Shown piece after piece: positions 51,512 to 62,481 of a DNA stretch of 64,000 nt. Below the pieces are notes generated by a model. That model worked only from the letters and a program-made list of their open reading frames with translations. It had not been told where the DNA came from and made no database searches. Position numbers and translations under genes: made by a program. The stretch comes from an uncultured Verrucomicrobiae bacterium (lineage in GTDB: Bacteria > Verrucomicrobiota > Verrucomicrobiia > Chthoniobacterales > JAFAMB01). The stretch spans positions 128,001-192,000 of the forward strand of contig CAVXLD010000010.1 of NCBI GenBank assembly GCA_963762565.1. The letters run 5' to 3'. Positions within the stretch are counted from its first letter, which is position 1, and each line of letters starts with the position of its first letter.

Positions 51512-52189
51512 TCAATTCCGGCGGCTCAGCAAAAAGTAGTACAGCAGATAACTTAACGACGTAATGAAAGCAGCCACGTAGGTAAACGCGGCTGCATCGA
51601 GAACACCGTTAACCGCTTGGGTCTCTTGCGGCGATCGCATCAAACCCATCTCGGCCAGGACTCGTTTTGCCCTAGCGGAGGCGTCAAATTCAACCGGCAA
51701 TGTGATTAGGTTGAAAAGCATTATGATCGCCCAAGCGAAACAAAGAAGCATAAACATCGGCGCCAAAAGGTGGGTAAACCACCCCACCATTGGCAAGATC
51801 CACACAGCCTGACTGGCGAATCCTACCAGGTTGACCGAGGCCATTCTCCAGTTCAAAGGAGCGTACGCTTGCTGATGTTGCAGCGCGTGACCGCACTCGT
51901 GGGCAGCAACTCCCATCGCGGCGGCGGACCTGCCTTCAAAGTTCCCCGGAGATAAGACCAGACGGTGATTTAAGGGGTCATAATGGTCCGTCAGCAAATT
52001 GGCTGATTCAACAATCTCGACATCTCCGATACCGGCCCGTTGGAGAATGCGCGCGGCTACTTCGGCTCCACTCAGTCCCGAAGAATTCGGCACTTGGCTG
52101 TATTTGCTATAGGCGGATTTAACGCGCCAGACAGCCCACAGAGACAGGGCCATTGTCCCAAAAAACGCCCAAAGACCAAAAGGATTCAT
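51512..52189 (-). CDS. Membrane zinc metallopeptidase (YugP-like)
   Basis: LTDHYDP, AAHECGHALQ, TLPVEFDAS.RA and AA.TYVA. Confidence 0.92.
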   Translation of the reverse strand: MNPFGLWAFFGTMALSLWAVWRVKSAYSKYSQVPNSSGLSGAEVAARILQRAGIGDVEIVESANLLTDHYDPLNHRLVLSPGNFEGRSAAAMGVAAHECGHALQHQQAYAPLNWRMASVNLVGFASQAVWILPMVGWFTHLLAPMFMLLCFAWAIIMLFNLITLPVEFDASARAKRVLAEMGLMRSPQETQAVNGVLDAAAFTYVAAFITSLSYLLYYFLLSRRN

Positions 52190-52270
52190 TTTATAGATAA
52201 AAGACGAACCCAAAGATACGCTCTGGAACAAAAACGGCAACCGGGCCGCCCCTCGCCTGAGGCTCGGCGC

Positions 52271-52555
52271 GCCTGGAGGGGAGCCGCTTCGGTACGTGCC
52301 GGGTGATCCTCGCACATTCGCCTCACAACGTGCCAGTCTGAGCCACAAGACAGCAGGCGGCTCCCGGGAATTGCCCTGCGCGTTGCAGATCGATTCGGTG
52401 TGTAGGAAATTGACCTCGCAAGACACCTTGGGCACGGCATCGCCGTGGGTGACTCCCGGGAGCCGCCCGTTGCGACATTTTTTGTTCGGATTGAGAGCTG
52501 GAACAAAGGTCGCGAGGTCGCCGGGCACACATACCAAAGCGGCTCCCCTCCAGGC
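52271..52555. repeat. Family C, copy 2
   Basis: 19-bp perfect TIR GCCTGGAGGGGAGCCGCTT plus the inner GGCGGCTCCCGGGA pair. Confidence 0.85.
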
Positions 52556-52641
52556 AATCATCCCTAAGGCGAGCTCCGACACGGCATGGGAGCTGCTTTA
52601 TCGGAGCTTGATCTTTGTCGCCTCCCTGGAAATCATATCGC

Positions 52642-54081
52642 ATGGGCAAACTGTTTGACGGTTACGACCCAAATCCGTTCTTCGACGAGATGTTCATGTC
52701 GCCGGCGCAGGTCCGCCCCCATTACCAGCGCCTCTTCGAGCGATACAGTGATCTGACCGTGGGTGAGTTCGACCGCAAAAGGTTAGTGGCCGACAATTCG
52801 TTTCTGACCCAAGGCATCACTTTCACCGTCTATAATGACACCGAGGGGACCGAGCGAATCTTTCCTTTTGATTTGGTGCCGCGGATAATTCCGCTGAACG
52901 AGTGGCTCCATATCGAGGCCGGACTCACGCAACGGATCGCGGCGTTGAACTTGTTCCTTCGGGACATCTATCACGAACAGAGGATCCTGAAGGATGGAGT
53001 GATTCCTGCCGAAATCGTCCATAGCGCCGTCCACTTCCGCCCGGAATTCATGGGATTTAAGGTTCCAAAAGATATCTACATCCATATCTGTGGGACTGAC
53101 CTCGTTCGCGACCGGGACGGCAATTATTTAGTGCTGGAGGACAATGGCCGCTGTCCGTCTGGCGTTTCTTATCTTCTGGAGAACCGGCAAACCATGAAAC
53201 GGGTATTTCCGAATCTCTTTTCGCGTTATTCAGTACAGCCAGTTGATCGGTACTGTGAGGAACTGCTGAACCTGTTGCGGTTCGTGGCTCCCGGCGGAAA
53301 TCCCGAACCGACCGTGGTACTCCTCACTCCCGGGATCCACAACTCTGCTTACTTCGAGCATTCGTTTCTAGCTAGGTCGATGGGCATCGAGATCGTAGTC
53401 GGAGCTGACCTCGTGGTGCAGGCCGGCTATTTGATGATGAAGACCACGAAAGGTCTGAAAAGGGTGGACGTAGTCTATCGGCGAATCGACGACGACTTTC
53501 TGGACCCGCAGGTTTTTCGAAAAGACTCACTACTAGGGGTTCCCGGCCTGGTTGAAGTCTATCAGCACGGCAACGTGAGTTTAGCGAATTCCATCGGCAC
53601 CGGTGTGGCGGATGATAAGGTGACTTACCATTTCGTTCCTAAAATGATCCGGTATTATCTCGACCAGGACCCGATCTTATCGAATGTCCCTACCTACCTC
53701 TCGATGTTCGATGATGACCGCAAGTATATACTCGAACACCTCCCGGAACTGGTGGTAAAATCGGCTAACGAAAGCGGCGGCTACGGAATGTTGATCGGCC
53801 CTCACGCTACCCGCGAGGAAATCGAGAAATTTCGAGACCTGATCACCAATAACCCCCGTAACTATATTGCGCAGCCGGTGGTTCAGCTGTCCCGGTCTCC
53901 TTCTTTTGTCAGTGGTCGCTTCGAAGGACGGCACATCGATTTACGGCCGTACATTCTGTTCGGAGAAAAGACGACAATCATTCCGGGAGGCCTGACGAGA
54001 GTCGCTCTGCGAAAGGATTCATTGGTCGTTAATTCGTCGCAAGGCGGTGGCAGTAAGGATACCTGGGTTCTTAGTGAGTAA
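52642..54081 (+). CDS. Circularly permuted type 2 ATP-grasp protein
   Basis: [16 protein letters not shown]...[25 protein letters not shown] and [14 protein letters not shown]. Confidence 0.95.
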   Translation: MGKLFDGYDPNPFFDEMFMSPAQVRPHYQRLFERYSDLTVGEFDRKRLVADNSFLTQGITFTVYNDTEGTERIFPFDLVPRIIPLNEWLHIEAGLTQRIAALNLFLRDIYHEQRILKDGVIPAEIVHSAVHFRPEFMGFKVPKDIYIHICGTDLVRDRDGNYLVLEDNGRCPSGVSYLLENRQTMKRVFPNLFSRYSVQPVDRYCEELLNLLRFVAPGGNPEPTVVLLTPGIHNSAYFEHSFLARSMGIEIVVGADLVVQAGYLMMKTTKGLKRVDVVYRRIDDDFLDPQVFRKDSLLGVPGLVEVYQHGNVSLANSIGTGVADDKVTYHFVPKMIRYYLDQDPILSNVPTYLSMFDDDRKYILEHLPELVVKSANESGGYGMLIGPHATREEIEKFRDLITNNPRNYIAQPVVQLSRSPSFVSGRFEGRHIDLRPYILFGEKTTIIPGGLTRVALRKDSLVVNSSQGGGSKDTWVLSE

Positions 54082-54129
54082 ACGTTGAAAAAAAACAATC
54101 ACACGTTTTAGATTGGGTTCGCGCCAAAG

Positions 54130-55101
54130 ATGCTTTCCCGAGTTGCCGACACCCTCTATTGGCTGAGCCGTTATATCGAACGGGCGGAGAACAATGCCCG
54201 AATGCTGGACGTAAACCTCCAGTTAACGCTGGATGCTACCATTCTAAACCATCGTTACACCCAGCAGCATTGGGAGTCGATTATCTACTCACTAGAAGAT
54301 ACGAAACTGTTTCAGGAGCTCTATCCGGGCATCAGCGGTGAGACAGTGGTCGATTTCGTCTCATTTGAGCGCAAGAACCCCAATTCCATTTATTCCTGTT
54401 TGTGCTCGGCAAGAGAGAATGCCAGAAGCGTGCGCGAGCTGATCTCGTCCGAGATGTTCGAGCAGTTGAATCGGATGTACTTGGATTTCCGGTCTGGGGA
54501 AGCGGAACGACTCTTTCGTTCCAGCAGTTATCAATTCTTCAAATGGGCGCTTCAAGGCTGCCATCTCTTCCAGGGGATCGCCGACGCCACCATGGCGCAT
54601 GATGAAGGTTGGAAATTTCTTCAGCTCGGAAAGTTTCTGGAACGAGCGGACCGGACCTCCAGAATCCTCGACATTAAATATCATATCCTGCTTCCTAAAG
54701 AAGAGCAGGTCGGTGGCACGATTGATAGTGTACAGTGGTTCGCCGTTCTTAATTCGTGCAGTGGCGCCGAGGCGTATCGGCGACAATTCCAGGGGCAGGT
54801 CGCACCCTGGAAAGTCGCGGAATTCTTGATTAAAGATGCTTCTTTTCCGCGTTCGATCCGCTTCTGTGTCGATTCTCTCGACCATTCCTTGCATCAGATC
54901 ACCGGGGTCGATCGAGGCGATTTCCTTTACAAAGTCGAAGCGGAACGGCTCTCGGGTAAACTCCTGGCCGATCTATCCTTCGTGACCATGGACGATGTAT
55001 TCAGGATCGGGCTCCATGAATACTTAGACGGAATCCAGCTGAGATTGGGTGAGATCAGCAAGACAATCTACAAAGAATTTTGCGAATGGCTGGATAGCTA
55101 A
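54130..55101 (+). CDS. Alpha-E domain protein
   Basis: MLSRVA..LYW..RY.ERAE, ARENAR..R, LERAD.T.R.LD and FPRS. Confidence 0.95.
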   Translation: MLSRVADTLYWLSRYIERAENNARMLDVNLQLTLDATILNHRYTQQHWESIIYSLEDTKLFQELYPGISGETVVDFVSFERKNPNSIYSCLCSARENARSVRELISSEMFEQLNRMYLDFRSGEAERLFRSSSYQFFKWALQGCHLFQGIADATMAHDEGWKFLQLGKFLERADRTSRILDIKYHILLPKEEQVGGTIDSVQWFAVLNSCSGAEAYRRQFQGQVAPWKVAEFLIKDASFPRSIRFCVDSLDHSLHQITGVDRGDFLYKVEAERLSGKLLADLSFVTMDDVFRIGLHEYLDGIQLRLGEISKTIYKEFCEWLDS

Positions 55102-55190
55102 GGCAGGCGCCTTAGCTATCCAGCCATTCGTAAAATTCTAGTAGCCAAAGTGGGTGCGAGAGGCGTACGCCTCTCGCACCCATTTTGGCT
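55074..55190. repeat. Two abutting long hairpins at the convergent alpha-E/cysNC ends
   Basis: 55074-55139 (31-bp arms, 1 mismatch) and 55143-55190. Confidence 0.9.
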
Positions 55191-57139
55191 TAGTCGACGC
55201 GCAAGCGAGGGAGAAGAAATTCCAGGAGCCGATCGAGACAAGCCTCGGCGCTCTCCTCTCCTGTCTCCAGCACGAGCTCCGGATTCTCCGGGGCCTCATA
55301 CGGAGCATCGAGCCCGGTAAAGCCTTTGATTTCGCCGGCCCGCGCTTTTCGATAGAGGTGTTTTGGGTCTCGTTTTTCGCAGACTTCCAGCGGAGCTGAG
55401 ACGTGAACTTCCACAAACTCGACTCCACTACTCGAAACGATCTCACGAGCTCGCACCCGGTCGAGGCGATAGGGCGAGATAAAGGACGTTACTGTAATGA
55501 CGCCCGCGTCCGCCATTAGCTTGGACACCTCTGCTACTCTGCGAATGTTCTCCACGCGATCTTCAGGGGAGAATGAAAGATTCGCATTAAGCCCATGCCT
55601 CATGTTATCGCCGTCCAGAACGTAGGCTTGCATCTGGCGTTCGAACAGCTCCTTCTCCAGAGCACGCGCTAATGTCGATTTACCTGATCCGGATAACCCG
55701 GTCATCCAAACGACGATTCCCGGATGTCCATTTCTCTCGACGCGATCCTGATATCTGACTTGGCTCTCCGACCAAGTAATGTTTGAGCTCTTGACGTGCT
55801 TATGGACGAGATAGACTCCGCCGAAAAGAACTCCACCCCCAGCGACGTCGTTGCCGTCCACCAGCACGAATCTGCCGCTGGTTTGAAGCCGGTCATAGTT
55901 GTCCATCACTAATGGACCCCGGCTTTGGATCGTCACTTCGGCGACCTCGTTCTTCTCAACCGTCCGTCGGATGGCCGCAGACGCCTCCAATGTGCTAGCG
56001 TCGATTACCCGATCAATCGACGCTAGTTGACACTCTACCTCCTGAGTAAGCAGCTTAATCTTATACTTCTTCGCAAGGTTAAGCGGGCGGTCGCCCATCC
56101 AGAAAACGCGCGCCCGAAACCGATTGGTCTCGATCGGCATTTGGTCGATATGGATGCCGACAGAGCCGCGTTCAACGAAGATTTGTTCCTCAAGAGTGAT
56201 CCCAATCGATTCCCCGGCCGAGGCGGTGCTCCGCTCAGGCGCGTTCCAAACTTCGATCGAAGCCACAATGGACTCCTTGTTTGTCGGTGCGAACACAAGT
56301 GTGTCGCCGACCCTCAGTGTCCCTGATTCAATGCGCCCCGCTAAGATCCTTCTGTGGTCAAACCGGTAGACATCTTGAACTGCAAACCGGAGAGGCAGAT
56401 CCGCGGGAGGCGCCGGCTGCTCCAAATCATCGAGCGTTTGAATTAGAGTAGGCCCATCGAACCAGCTCGTCTTGGAATCGCGGCTCACCATATTGACCCC
56501 GTCCCGGGCAGCAATTGGCAGAAACAGTAACGGCTGGACGTTTAACTGGCGGAGGAAGTCTCGGTAGTCAGCCTCAATCTGCGTAAATACCGCCTGGTCG
56601 AAGTTCACCAAGTCCATCTTGTTGACCACCACGACCACTTGACGGATCCCTAGCAAGCTCAAGAGGTATGCATGCCGCCGGCTTTGCTCTTGAATGCCCT
56701 CATGGGCGTCAATCAACAGAATAGCAGCGTCCGCTGACGCTGCGCCGCTCACCATGTTCTTCAGAAATTCTTTATGCCCGGGCGCATCAATAATGACGTA
56801 GTTGCGTCTCCGCGTTTTGAACCAGATCTGGGACACATCGATGGTGATGTTTTGATCCCGTTCCGCTTGGAGCGCATCCATGAGAAATGCCCACTCGAAC
56901 TGCATCCCTCGTCGGCGGCAGACGGTCTGTATCTGCTCGAATTTGCCCTCGGGCAGGGAGCCAGTCTCATACAACAGACGCCCAACCAACGTCGATTTTC
57001 CGTGATCGACATGGCCAACGATAACCACTCTTAAAGGTCGTTGGTCAGATGATAAGAAAGCCTCGTCAAGCGAGTCAGCTATAGGAAGTCTCTCGGTAGC
57101 GGCCTCTACCTCTGCGTTCGCCGTCACATTTGTTCGCAA
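55190..57139 (-). CDS. cysNC: Bifunctional sulfate adenylyltransferase subunit 1 / APS kinase
   Basis: [14 protein letters not shown] and NKMD GTPase motifs; C-terminal [19 protein letters not shown] and RDPK.LY. Start uncertain. Confidence 0.93.
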   Translation of the reverse strand: MRTNVTANAEVEAATERLPIADSLDEAFLSSDQRPLRVVIVGHVDHGKSTLVGRLLYETGSLPEGKFEQIQTVCRRRGMQFEWAFLMDALQAERDQNITIDVSQIWFKTRRRNYVIIDAPGHKEFLKNMVSGAASADAAILLIDAHEGIQEQSRRHAYLLSLLGIRQVVVVVNKMDLVNFDQAVFTQIEADYRDFLRQLNVQPLLFLPIAARDGVNMVSRDSKTSWFDGPTLIQTLDDLEQPAPPADLPLRFAVQDVYRFDHRRILAGRIESGTLRVGDTLVFAPTNKESIVASIEVWNAPERSTASAGESIGITLEEQIFVERGSVGIHIDQMPIETNRFRARVFWMGDRPLNLAKKYKIKLLTQEVECQLASIDRVIDASTLEASAAIRRTVEKNEVAEVTIQSRGPLVMDNYDRLQTSGRFVLVDGNDVAGGGVLFGGVYLVHKHVKSSNITWSESQVRYQDRVERNGHPGIVVWMTGLSGSGKSTLARALEKELFERQMQAYVLDGDNMRHGLNANLSFSPEDRVENIRRVAEVSKLMADAGVITVTSFISPYRLDRVRAREIVSSSGVEFVEVHVSAPLEVCEKRDPKHLYRKARAGEIKGFTGLDAPYEAPENPELVLETGEESAEACLDRLLEFLLPRLRVD

Positions 57140-57202
57140 GCGTTTTTTCTCCCTGTTTCTTTCTGTTCTGATACACCCTAATTGCCACCCGTTTCCCTAG
57201 TA

Positions 57203-58027
57203 TCACATGTAACCACTCGCGCGCAGGCGTTCGAAGGCGTCCTCCGACTCCTGGTCCTGAGCGCGTGTGCTTCTTTCTGATACCTTCGTTTCCCTTAGTT
57301 CCTCAATGATTTCCGCCACCGTAGTTGCTTGCGAGGGGACTGGCTTGGTGCATGGGGCACAGCCAAGGCTACGATAACGAAATCCATCTTTGGCAAAGTA
57401 TAAGTCAACGATCGGGATCTTTTCACGTTCGATATACTCCCAAACATTTAGCTCGGTCCAGTGCAGAAGTGGATGTATCCGAATATGAGTGCCCGGGTCA
57501 AAATCCGTCTTAAATTGGTCCCACAGCTCCGGCGGCTGGTCCTTGAAATTCCACTCGAAGTTTTTGTCGCGAGGCGAAAAATATCGCTCTTTAGCCCGAG
57601 TCCCTTCCTCATCTCGCCGGATTCCGACTATGACCGCCTGATAATCCTTCTCTTCGATGACTTGTTGCAGGGCATCCTTCTTTAACGCCCCACAACATTC
57701 GACACGCGTAAGCGCCCCGTTGGGGAAAGTCTTGCCCGAGGCTAGCACGGCTTTGTTTTGGCCGACGACCAGGTCAATATTCCACTCGCGGACTTTCTGA
57801 TCCCTAAACTGGATCATTTCGGGGATCTTGTAGCTAGTATCAACGTGAACGCACGGCATGGGCACGTGGCCAAAGAACGCTTTGCGAGCGAGCCACAGCA
57901 GGACCGAAGAGTCCTTTCCGATGCTCCAGAGCATCGCCAGCCGCTTAAACTTCCGATGTCCCTCCCGTAAAATGTATACGCTCTGGTTTTCCAGGGCGTC
58001 TAAATGTCGGAACTTTTCCCTTGTCAT
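57203..58027 (-). CDS. cysD: Sulfate adenylyltransferase subunit 2
   Basis: SIGKDS, RRDEE..RAKER, PPELW and YRSLGC. Confidence 0.95.
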   Translation of the reverse strand: MTREKFRHLDALENQSVYILREGHRKFKRLAMLWSIGKDSSVLLWLARKAFFGHVPMPCVHVDTSYKIPEMIQFRDQKVREWNIDLVVGQNKAVLASGKTFPNGALTRVECCGALKKDALQQVIEEKDYQAVIVGIRRDEEGTRAKERYFSPRDKNFEWNFKDQPPELWDQFKTDFDPGTHIRIHPLLHWTELNVWEYIEREKIPIVDLYFAKDGFRYRSLGCAPCTKPVPSQATTVAEIIEELRETKVSERSTRAQDQESEDAFERLRASGYM

Positions 58028-58758
58028 ATGTTCTCTCCCAGGAATGTGTGGATGCCGCATTCCGTCTTGTCAAACCCTGTCCAACGCCCCGCTCGCTCAT
58101 CATTACCACTAATCACCGCGCGGGTGCAAGGATAGCAGCCGATGCTACGGAACCCTCTATCTTTGAGCGGGTTATATGGAATACCGTTACGCCGGATATA
58201 ATCCCAGACCTGCTCCGAGCTCCACGTCGCCAGAGGATTGACCTTTACAATCTGTTTGCCTCGTAATCGATCAAATTCGTAAATTTCGAGCGTCTGGGTC
58301 TTTGCTCGAGTGCTGGATTGCTCCCTTCTAACGCCAGTGATCCAGGCATCTAAGGTCGCAAGTTTCTTTTGCAAAGGGAACACTTTTCTTAGCGTACAAC
58401 AAAGATCTGGGTTCTTATCCCATAAATTGGAACCGTATTCCGCTCCCTGCTCGCTTATGCTCATTTCTGGAGTCAGAGTCTCGATCTCAATTCCGAAAAA
58501 TTGTTCCAGCCGAAGTTTGAGGGCGTGAGTTTCTTGAAAAAGAAGTCCGGTGTCAATAGTGAACACGGGAATCGACAAACCGAGGGAGACGGCGTGATGA
58601 ATCGCGACCAAGCCCGCCCCTTGAAAACTGGTTCCAAACGCGATTCGGGAGCCAAACGCTTGGGCTGCCCACTGGAGCACCTGACCCGGAGACGCCGTTT
58701 CAAAGTCTCGGGAGAGGGCTTTAATCTCTTCTACTGATAAAACGACGGCTTCGGTCAT
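58024..58758 (-). CDS. cysH: APS/PAPS reductase (Fe-S type motifs)
   Basis: [28 protein letters not shown] and ECGIH. Confidence 0.95.
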   Translation of the reverse strand: MTEAVVLSVEEIKALSRDFETASPGQVLQWAAQAFGSRIAFGTSFQGAGLVAIHHAVSLGLSIPVFTIDTGLLFQETHALKLRLEQFFGIEIETLTPEMSISEQGAEYGSNLWDKNPDLCCTLRKVFPLQKKLATLDAWITGVRREQSSTRAKTQTLEIYEFDRLRGKQIVKVNPLATWSSEQVWDYIRRNGIPYNPLKDRGFRSIGCYPCTRAVISGNDERAGRWTGFDKTECGIHTFLGENI

Positions 58759-58763
58759 CTGAT

Positions 58764-58787
58764 AATGTCTATATGTCTATAGACATT
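58764..58787. promoter_or_regulatory. Putative operator of the cys operon
   Basis: Perfect IR AATGTCTAT-N6-ATAGACATT, 5 nt upstream of the cysH ATG. Confidence 0.65.
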
Positions 58788-58931
58788 TAGCAACTTCTAC
58801 CTTGGCCCGAACTCTGGCTGGCTCCCGAATCGATTTCGCCACCCCACGCTCTCGCCGGATGGTCCGGTATCGTCCTCGTCGTCGTCCTCGTTCTCGAAAA
58901 GCGTGGTGCCGCCGATGCGTTGGTCCAAACG

Positions 58932-59215
58932 CCCAGCGCCCCGGAGGGGAGCCGCTTTGGCGCGTGTTTTTACGCCCTCGCGCAATTTGTTCCAACGCTT
59001 GATCCGACCAGGAAATGTCGTAACAGGCGGCTCCCGGGAATAACCCAGGGCGACGATTTGCCCTTCGCTCCGATCCGCGACACCGGGCCGTGGGAAACCG
59101 CTGGATTGTTCCCGGGAGCCGCCTGTTCTTACACCGTTTAGGCCTTGTCAGTGCTAGGACGAAATTCGAAGGGTCGCCTGCTATATGCCAAAGCGGCTCC
59201 CCTCCAGGCGCTGGG
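58932..59215. repeat. Family C, copy 3, inside an inverted hexamer bracket
   Basis: Termini GGAGGGGAGCCGCTTTGGC / GCCAAAGCGGCTCCCCTCC. The left half aligns with the reverse complement of the copy 2 right half. Flanked by (TCGTCC)n at 58870-58896 and CGAGAACGACGAGAACGA at 59250-59267. Confidence 0.85.
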
Positions 59216-59275
59216 AACAAAAATGCCTTCTAGACAGGCCACGGCCTGTCGAGAACGACGAGAACGAAAGCGGCC

Positions 59276-61285
59276 TTAGCCGATGGCGACCCCTACCCCC
59301 AACAGGCTCTTCACCACCTGTACGACATGGTCCGTCGTGATCCCGAGCTCCTTCATCACGGTGCCGCCAGGAGCGCTTAATCCGAATCGGTCGATGCCGA
59401 TCGGCTTGCCATCGAGTCCGATGTATTTGTACCAGAATTCGGTAACACCGGCTTCGATCGAGACTCGCTTCCGACAAGCCGAAGGTAAAACTTCTTCCCG
59501 GTAAGTGCCGTCTTGGCGGTCAAACCGCTCCAGGCAAGGAGCCGAAACGACTCTTATTCCACCGCCAAGCTGTTTGGCCGCAGCCACGGCGTGTTGCACC
59601 TCAGAGCCGGTCGCAATAATAATCGCCTCCAAAGGACCGGTTTCCCGATGGAGAATATAGGCGCCTTTGAGCGCCCCATTTCGCCTCACTTCCACCGGCG
59701 CCTCTGAAAAGTTAGGCAGAGTTTGCCGGGTAAGCGCGAGAAGCGTCGGCCCATCGGTTCTTTCCAATGCAGCTACGAACGCTCCGGCGGTTTCCTCCGG
59801 ATCAGCGGGACGAATCACATCGAGGTTCGGCAGCAGCCGAAGTGCGCTCACCGTCTCGATCGGCTCATGGGTAGGCCCATCTTCACCGACCCCGACGGAA
59901 TCGTGGGTAAAAATGTACAATACCGGCAATTTCGCCAATGCCGCCAAACGAATGGACGCCCGGCAATAATCGGCAAACACCAAAAATGTAGCGCCCGACG
60001 GCCGGAACAACCCATAGTAGGCGATCCCGTTGAGGATCGCGCACATCCCGTGTTCCCGTATACCGAAGCGAATGTTTCTACCGGAACGGTTGTCGGCGTT
60101 AAAATCTTTATCCGATTGGATGTAGTTCAGGGTAGACCCGTACAAGTCAGCGCTTCCCCCGATCAGCAACGGCAGCGCCTTGGCCAGCGGTTGCAACACT
60201 TCACTGCCAGCTTTTCGCGTGGCAATCTTTGCCTCCTTATCGAAAACCGGAATCTGGTTCAGAAGATCACTGGGTATTCGGTGTTTCAACCCGTCATCCA
60301 AGAGTTTAGCCAATTCGGGATTAGCTTTTTTCCAGGAAGCGAAAGTATCTTGCCAGGCGTCGTAAACCTTCTTCAGCTCTGCCCTATGGTCGGCGAAATA
60401 GGCTTGGACTTCCTTGGAAACATAGAATTTCTCGTCCGGTAGCCCCAAGGCTTTGCGGTCGGCGTCGATGAACTTCACGCCCGCTTCGCCATGGGCCTTG
60501 TTCGTTCCTGCCACCTCCGGGATGCCTTTGCCGATTAACGTATGGGCTACGATAAATTGCGGCCGGCCGGTCTTAGCCGATTTGGCCTTCTCGAAGGCGG
60601 CTAAAAACTCTTCCATGTTATTGCCGTCGACCTCGTAAACGTCGTATCCGTAGGCCTGAAAACGCAGCGCCGTGTTCTCGCTCTGGCTCATCACAGCCAT
60701 GGCGTCGAGCGTCACCAAATTGGAATCATAGATCAGGATCAGATTATCTAGCTTGTAGTGACCCGCGAAGGCAGCGGCTTCAGCAGCGACCCCTTCCTGC
60801 AAACAGCCGTCTCCGGCCAGACAGACGATCTTATGATCAAAAATGGTATGATCGGCCGTATTGAAACGCGCTTCTGCCATTTTGGCGGACACTGCCATTC
60901 CGACGGAATTCCCTACTCCTTGGCCGAGCGGGCCTGTGGTAGCCTCAACACCAGGGGTTTCCCCAAACTCGGGATGGCCCGGCGTTTTGCTGTGCAGTTG
61001 CCTGAAATTGCGAATATCATCCAGCGAAACCGCGTAGCCGGCCAGATGTAACCATCCATACAAAAACATGCTGCCGTGGCCGGCCGAGAGAACAAATCGG
61101 TCGCGATTGATCCAGTGGGGATCTGCAGGGTAATACCGTAACTCATGCCCAAACAGCACTGCTCCAATTTCCGCGTCGCCCAATGGCAGGCCGAGGTGGC
61201 CGGAGTTGGCTGCCTGAACAGCATCCATTGCTAATCCGCGTGCCTCGAGCGCGGCTCGAGCGAGTATTTCTGTATTCAGTGCCAT
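59276..61285 (-). CDS. tkt: Transketolase
   Basis: [28 protein letters not shown] and [12 protein letters not shown]. Confidence 0.98.
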   Translation of the reverse strand: MALNTEILARAALEARGLAMDAVQAANSGHLGLPLGDAEIGAVLFGHELRYYPADPHWINRDRFVLSAGHGSMFLYGWLHLAGYAVSLDDIRNFRQLHSKTPGHPEFGETPGVEATTGPLGQGVGNSVGMAVSAKMAEARFNTADHTIFDHKIVCLAGDGCLQEGVAAEAAAFAGHYKLDNLILIYDSNLVTLDAMAVMSQSENTALRFQAYGYDVYEVDGNNMEEFLAAFEKAKSAKTGRPQFIVAHTLIGKGIPEVAGTNKAHGEAGVKFIDADRKALGLPDEKFYVSKEVQAYFADHRAELKKVYDAWQDTFASWKKANPELAKLLDDGLKHRIPSDLLNQIPVFDKEAKIATRKAGSEVLQPLAKALPLLIGGSADLYGSTLNYIQSDKDFNADNRSGRNIRFGIREHGMCAILNGIAYYGLFRPSGATFLVFADYCRASIRLAALAKLPVLYIFTHDSVGVGEDGPTHEPIETVSALRLLPNLDVIRPADPEETAGAFVAALERTDGPTLLALTRQTLPNFSEAPVEVRRNGALKGAYILHRETGPLEAIIIATGSEVQHAVAAAKQLGGGIRVVSAPCLERFDRQDGTYREEVLPSACRKRVSIEAGVTEFWYKYIGLDGKPIGIDRFGLSAPGGTVMKELGITTDHVVQVVKSLLGVGVAIG

Positions 61286-61399
61286 AGACTCTTTCTTCTC
61301 TTTCGCTCTCTCTAAACACGGTTCCGCTCAGCCGCAAACGGTAGTTGAAAAAACATTCGAAAATTAGCGTGCGCAGCCGACCAATCCGGCAGGCCCATC

Positions 61400-61426
61400 G
61401 CCGGGAGGGATCGTGTCCTCGTCCCG
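61400..61426 (+). repeat. Solo, degenerate family E unit
   Basis: GCCGGGAGGGATCGTGTCCTCGTCCCG matches the reverse complement of 26724-26749. Confidence 0.55.
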
Positions 61427-61530
61427 CGCCCGCGGAATCGCGACCGAACGCCGGGTGGAGGTCCGGCCCGCTAAGCCTACACGCCATATTGCATTCGCAA
61501 AAGATGCAGGCTACGTAGTCCCTCTTTTTT

Positions 61531-62409
61531 ATGTGTGCTCAGCGGCTTCGTATCGGCTTACCCTCAGGCAGTCTGCAAGAGGCTACCCTCGAGCTTTTCG
61601 CCAAAGCCGGGTTTTGGATCTCATCGGCTAAGCGCTCGTATAAACCCAATGTCGATGACCCTGAGCTGGACATTCGGTTGCTGCGCGCTCAGGAGATCAG
61701 CCGTTACGTGGAGCGAGGCTTCCTCGATTGCGGTATTACCGGTAAAGACTGGATAGCCGAGAACGGATCCGAAGTGGTCGTAATGGCGGATCTACCTTAC
61801 AGCAAAGCGAGCTCTACTCCGGCACGCTGGGTTCTGGTCGTTCCGGAACAGTCATCTTTTCGGTCGGTTGCGGACCTGGAAGGAAAGAGGATTGCAACTG
61901 AAGCCGTTGGACTGACGAAGCGATTTTTGGCCGCAAGAGGGGTTTCGGCTACGGTCGAGTTCAGTTGGGGTGCTACAGAAGTAAAAGTTCCCGAATTAGT
62001 TGATGCGATTGTGGACATCACCGAAACGGGGGCGTCATTGCAGGCTAACAACCTTAGAATTATCGAGACAGTGGTTGAATCGTTTCCCCAACTCATTGGA
62101 AACATCACCGCGATGAAAGACAGTTGGAAGCGCTCAAAGGTAGGACGTCTTCGAGTTCTGCTCGAGGGAGCTTTGAACGCGCGAAACAAAGTCGGGTTAA
62201 AGATGAACTTAGAAGCCGCAAAGCTGCCCGACCTTCTATCGCGACTTCCCTCTCTCCGGAACCCGACCGTTTCTTCCCTAAGTCAACCGGGATGGGTAGC
62301 CATCGAGACGGTGATCGACGAAAAAGTGGTCCGCGAAATAATCCCAGAGCTAAAGCAACTCGGTGCTGAGGGAATCATTGAGTATCCGTTGAACAAAGTA
62401 GTTTATTAG
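61531..62409 (+). CDS. hisG: ATP phosphoribosyltransferase (long form)
   Basis: P.GSL, R.QEI, GITG.DW, GATE and [12 protein letters not shown], plus a C-terminal regulatory domain. Confidence 0.95.
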   Translation: MCAQRLRIGLPSGSLQEATLELFAKAGFWISSAKRSYKPNVDDPELDIRLLRAQEISRYVERGFLDCGITGKDWIAENGSEVVVMADLPYSKASSTPARWVLVVPEQSSFRSVADLEGKRIATEAVGLTKRFLAARGVSATVEFSWGATEVKVPELVDAIVDITETGASLQANNLRIIETVVESFPQLIGNITAMKDSWKRSKVGRLRVLLEGALNARNKVGLKMNLEAAKLPDLLSRLPSLRNPTVSSLSQPGWVAIETVIDEKVVREIIPELKQLGAEGIIEYPLNKVVY

Positions 62410-62481
62410 GCTTAATTGCGGGCTCAACTTGTGCGGCAACCGGTTCCGCCTATAACCTAACCGGCTCAGTTTCTATCTGAT

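Noticed and set aside
52190..52582. N-terminal extension of the 356-aa Zn peptidase ORF (likewise clpX-like to 15174, recF to 11310, aroB from 44008, tetR to 26501)
   Set aside because: These extensions are read-through of repeats, the tRNA or operator DNA; family homology starts at downstream ATGs.
55143..55190. Protelomerase/telomere resolution site
   Set aside because: The size fits, but several dissimilar copies lie among core genes and no resolvase is present.
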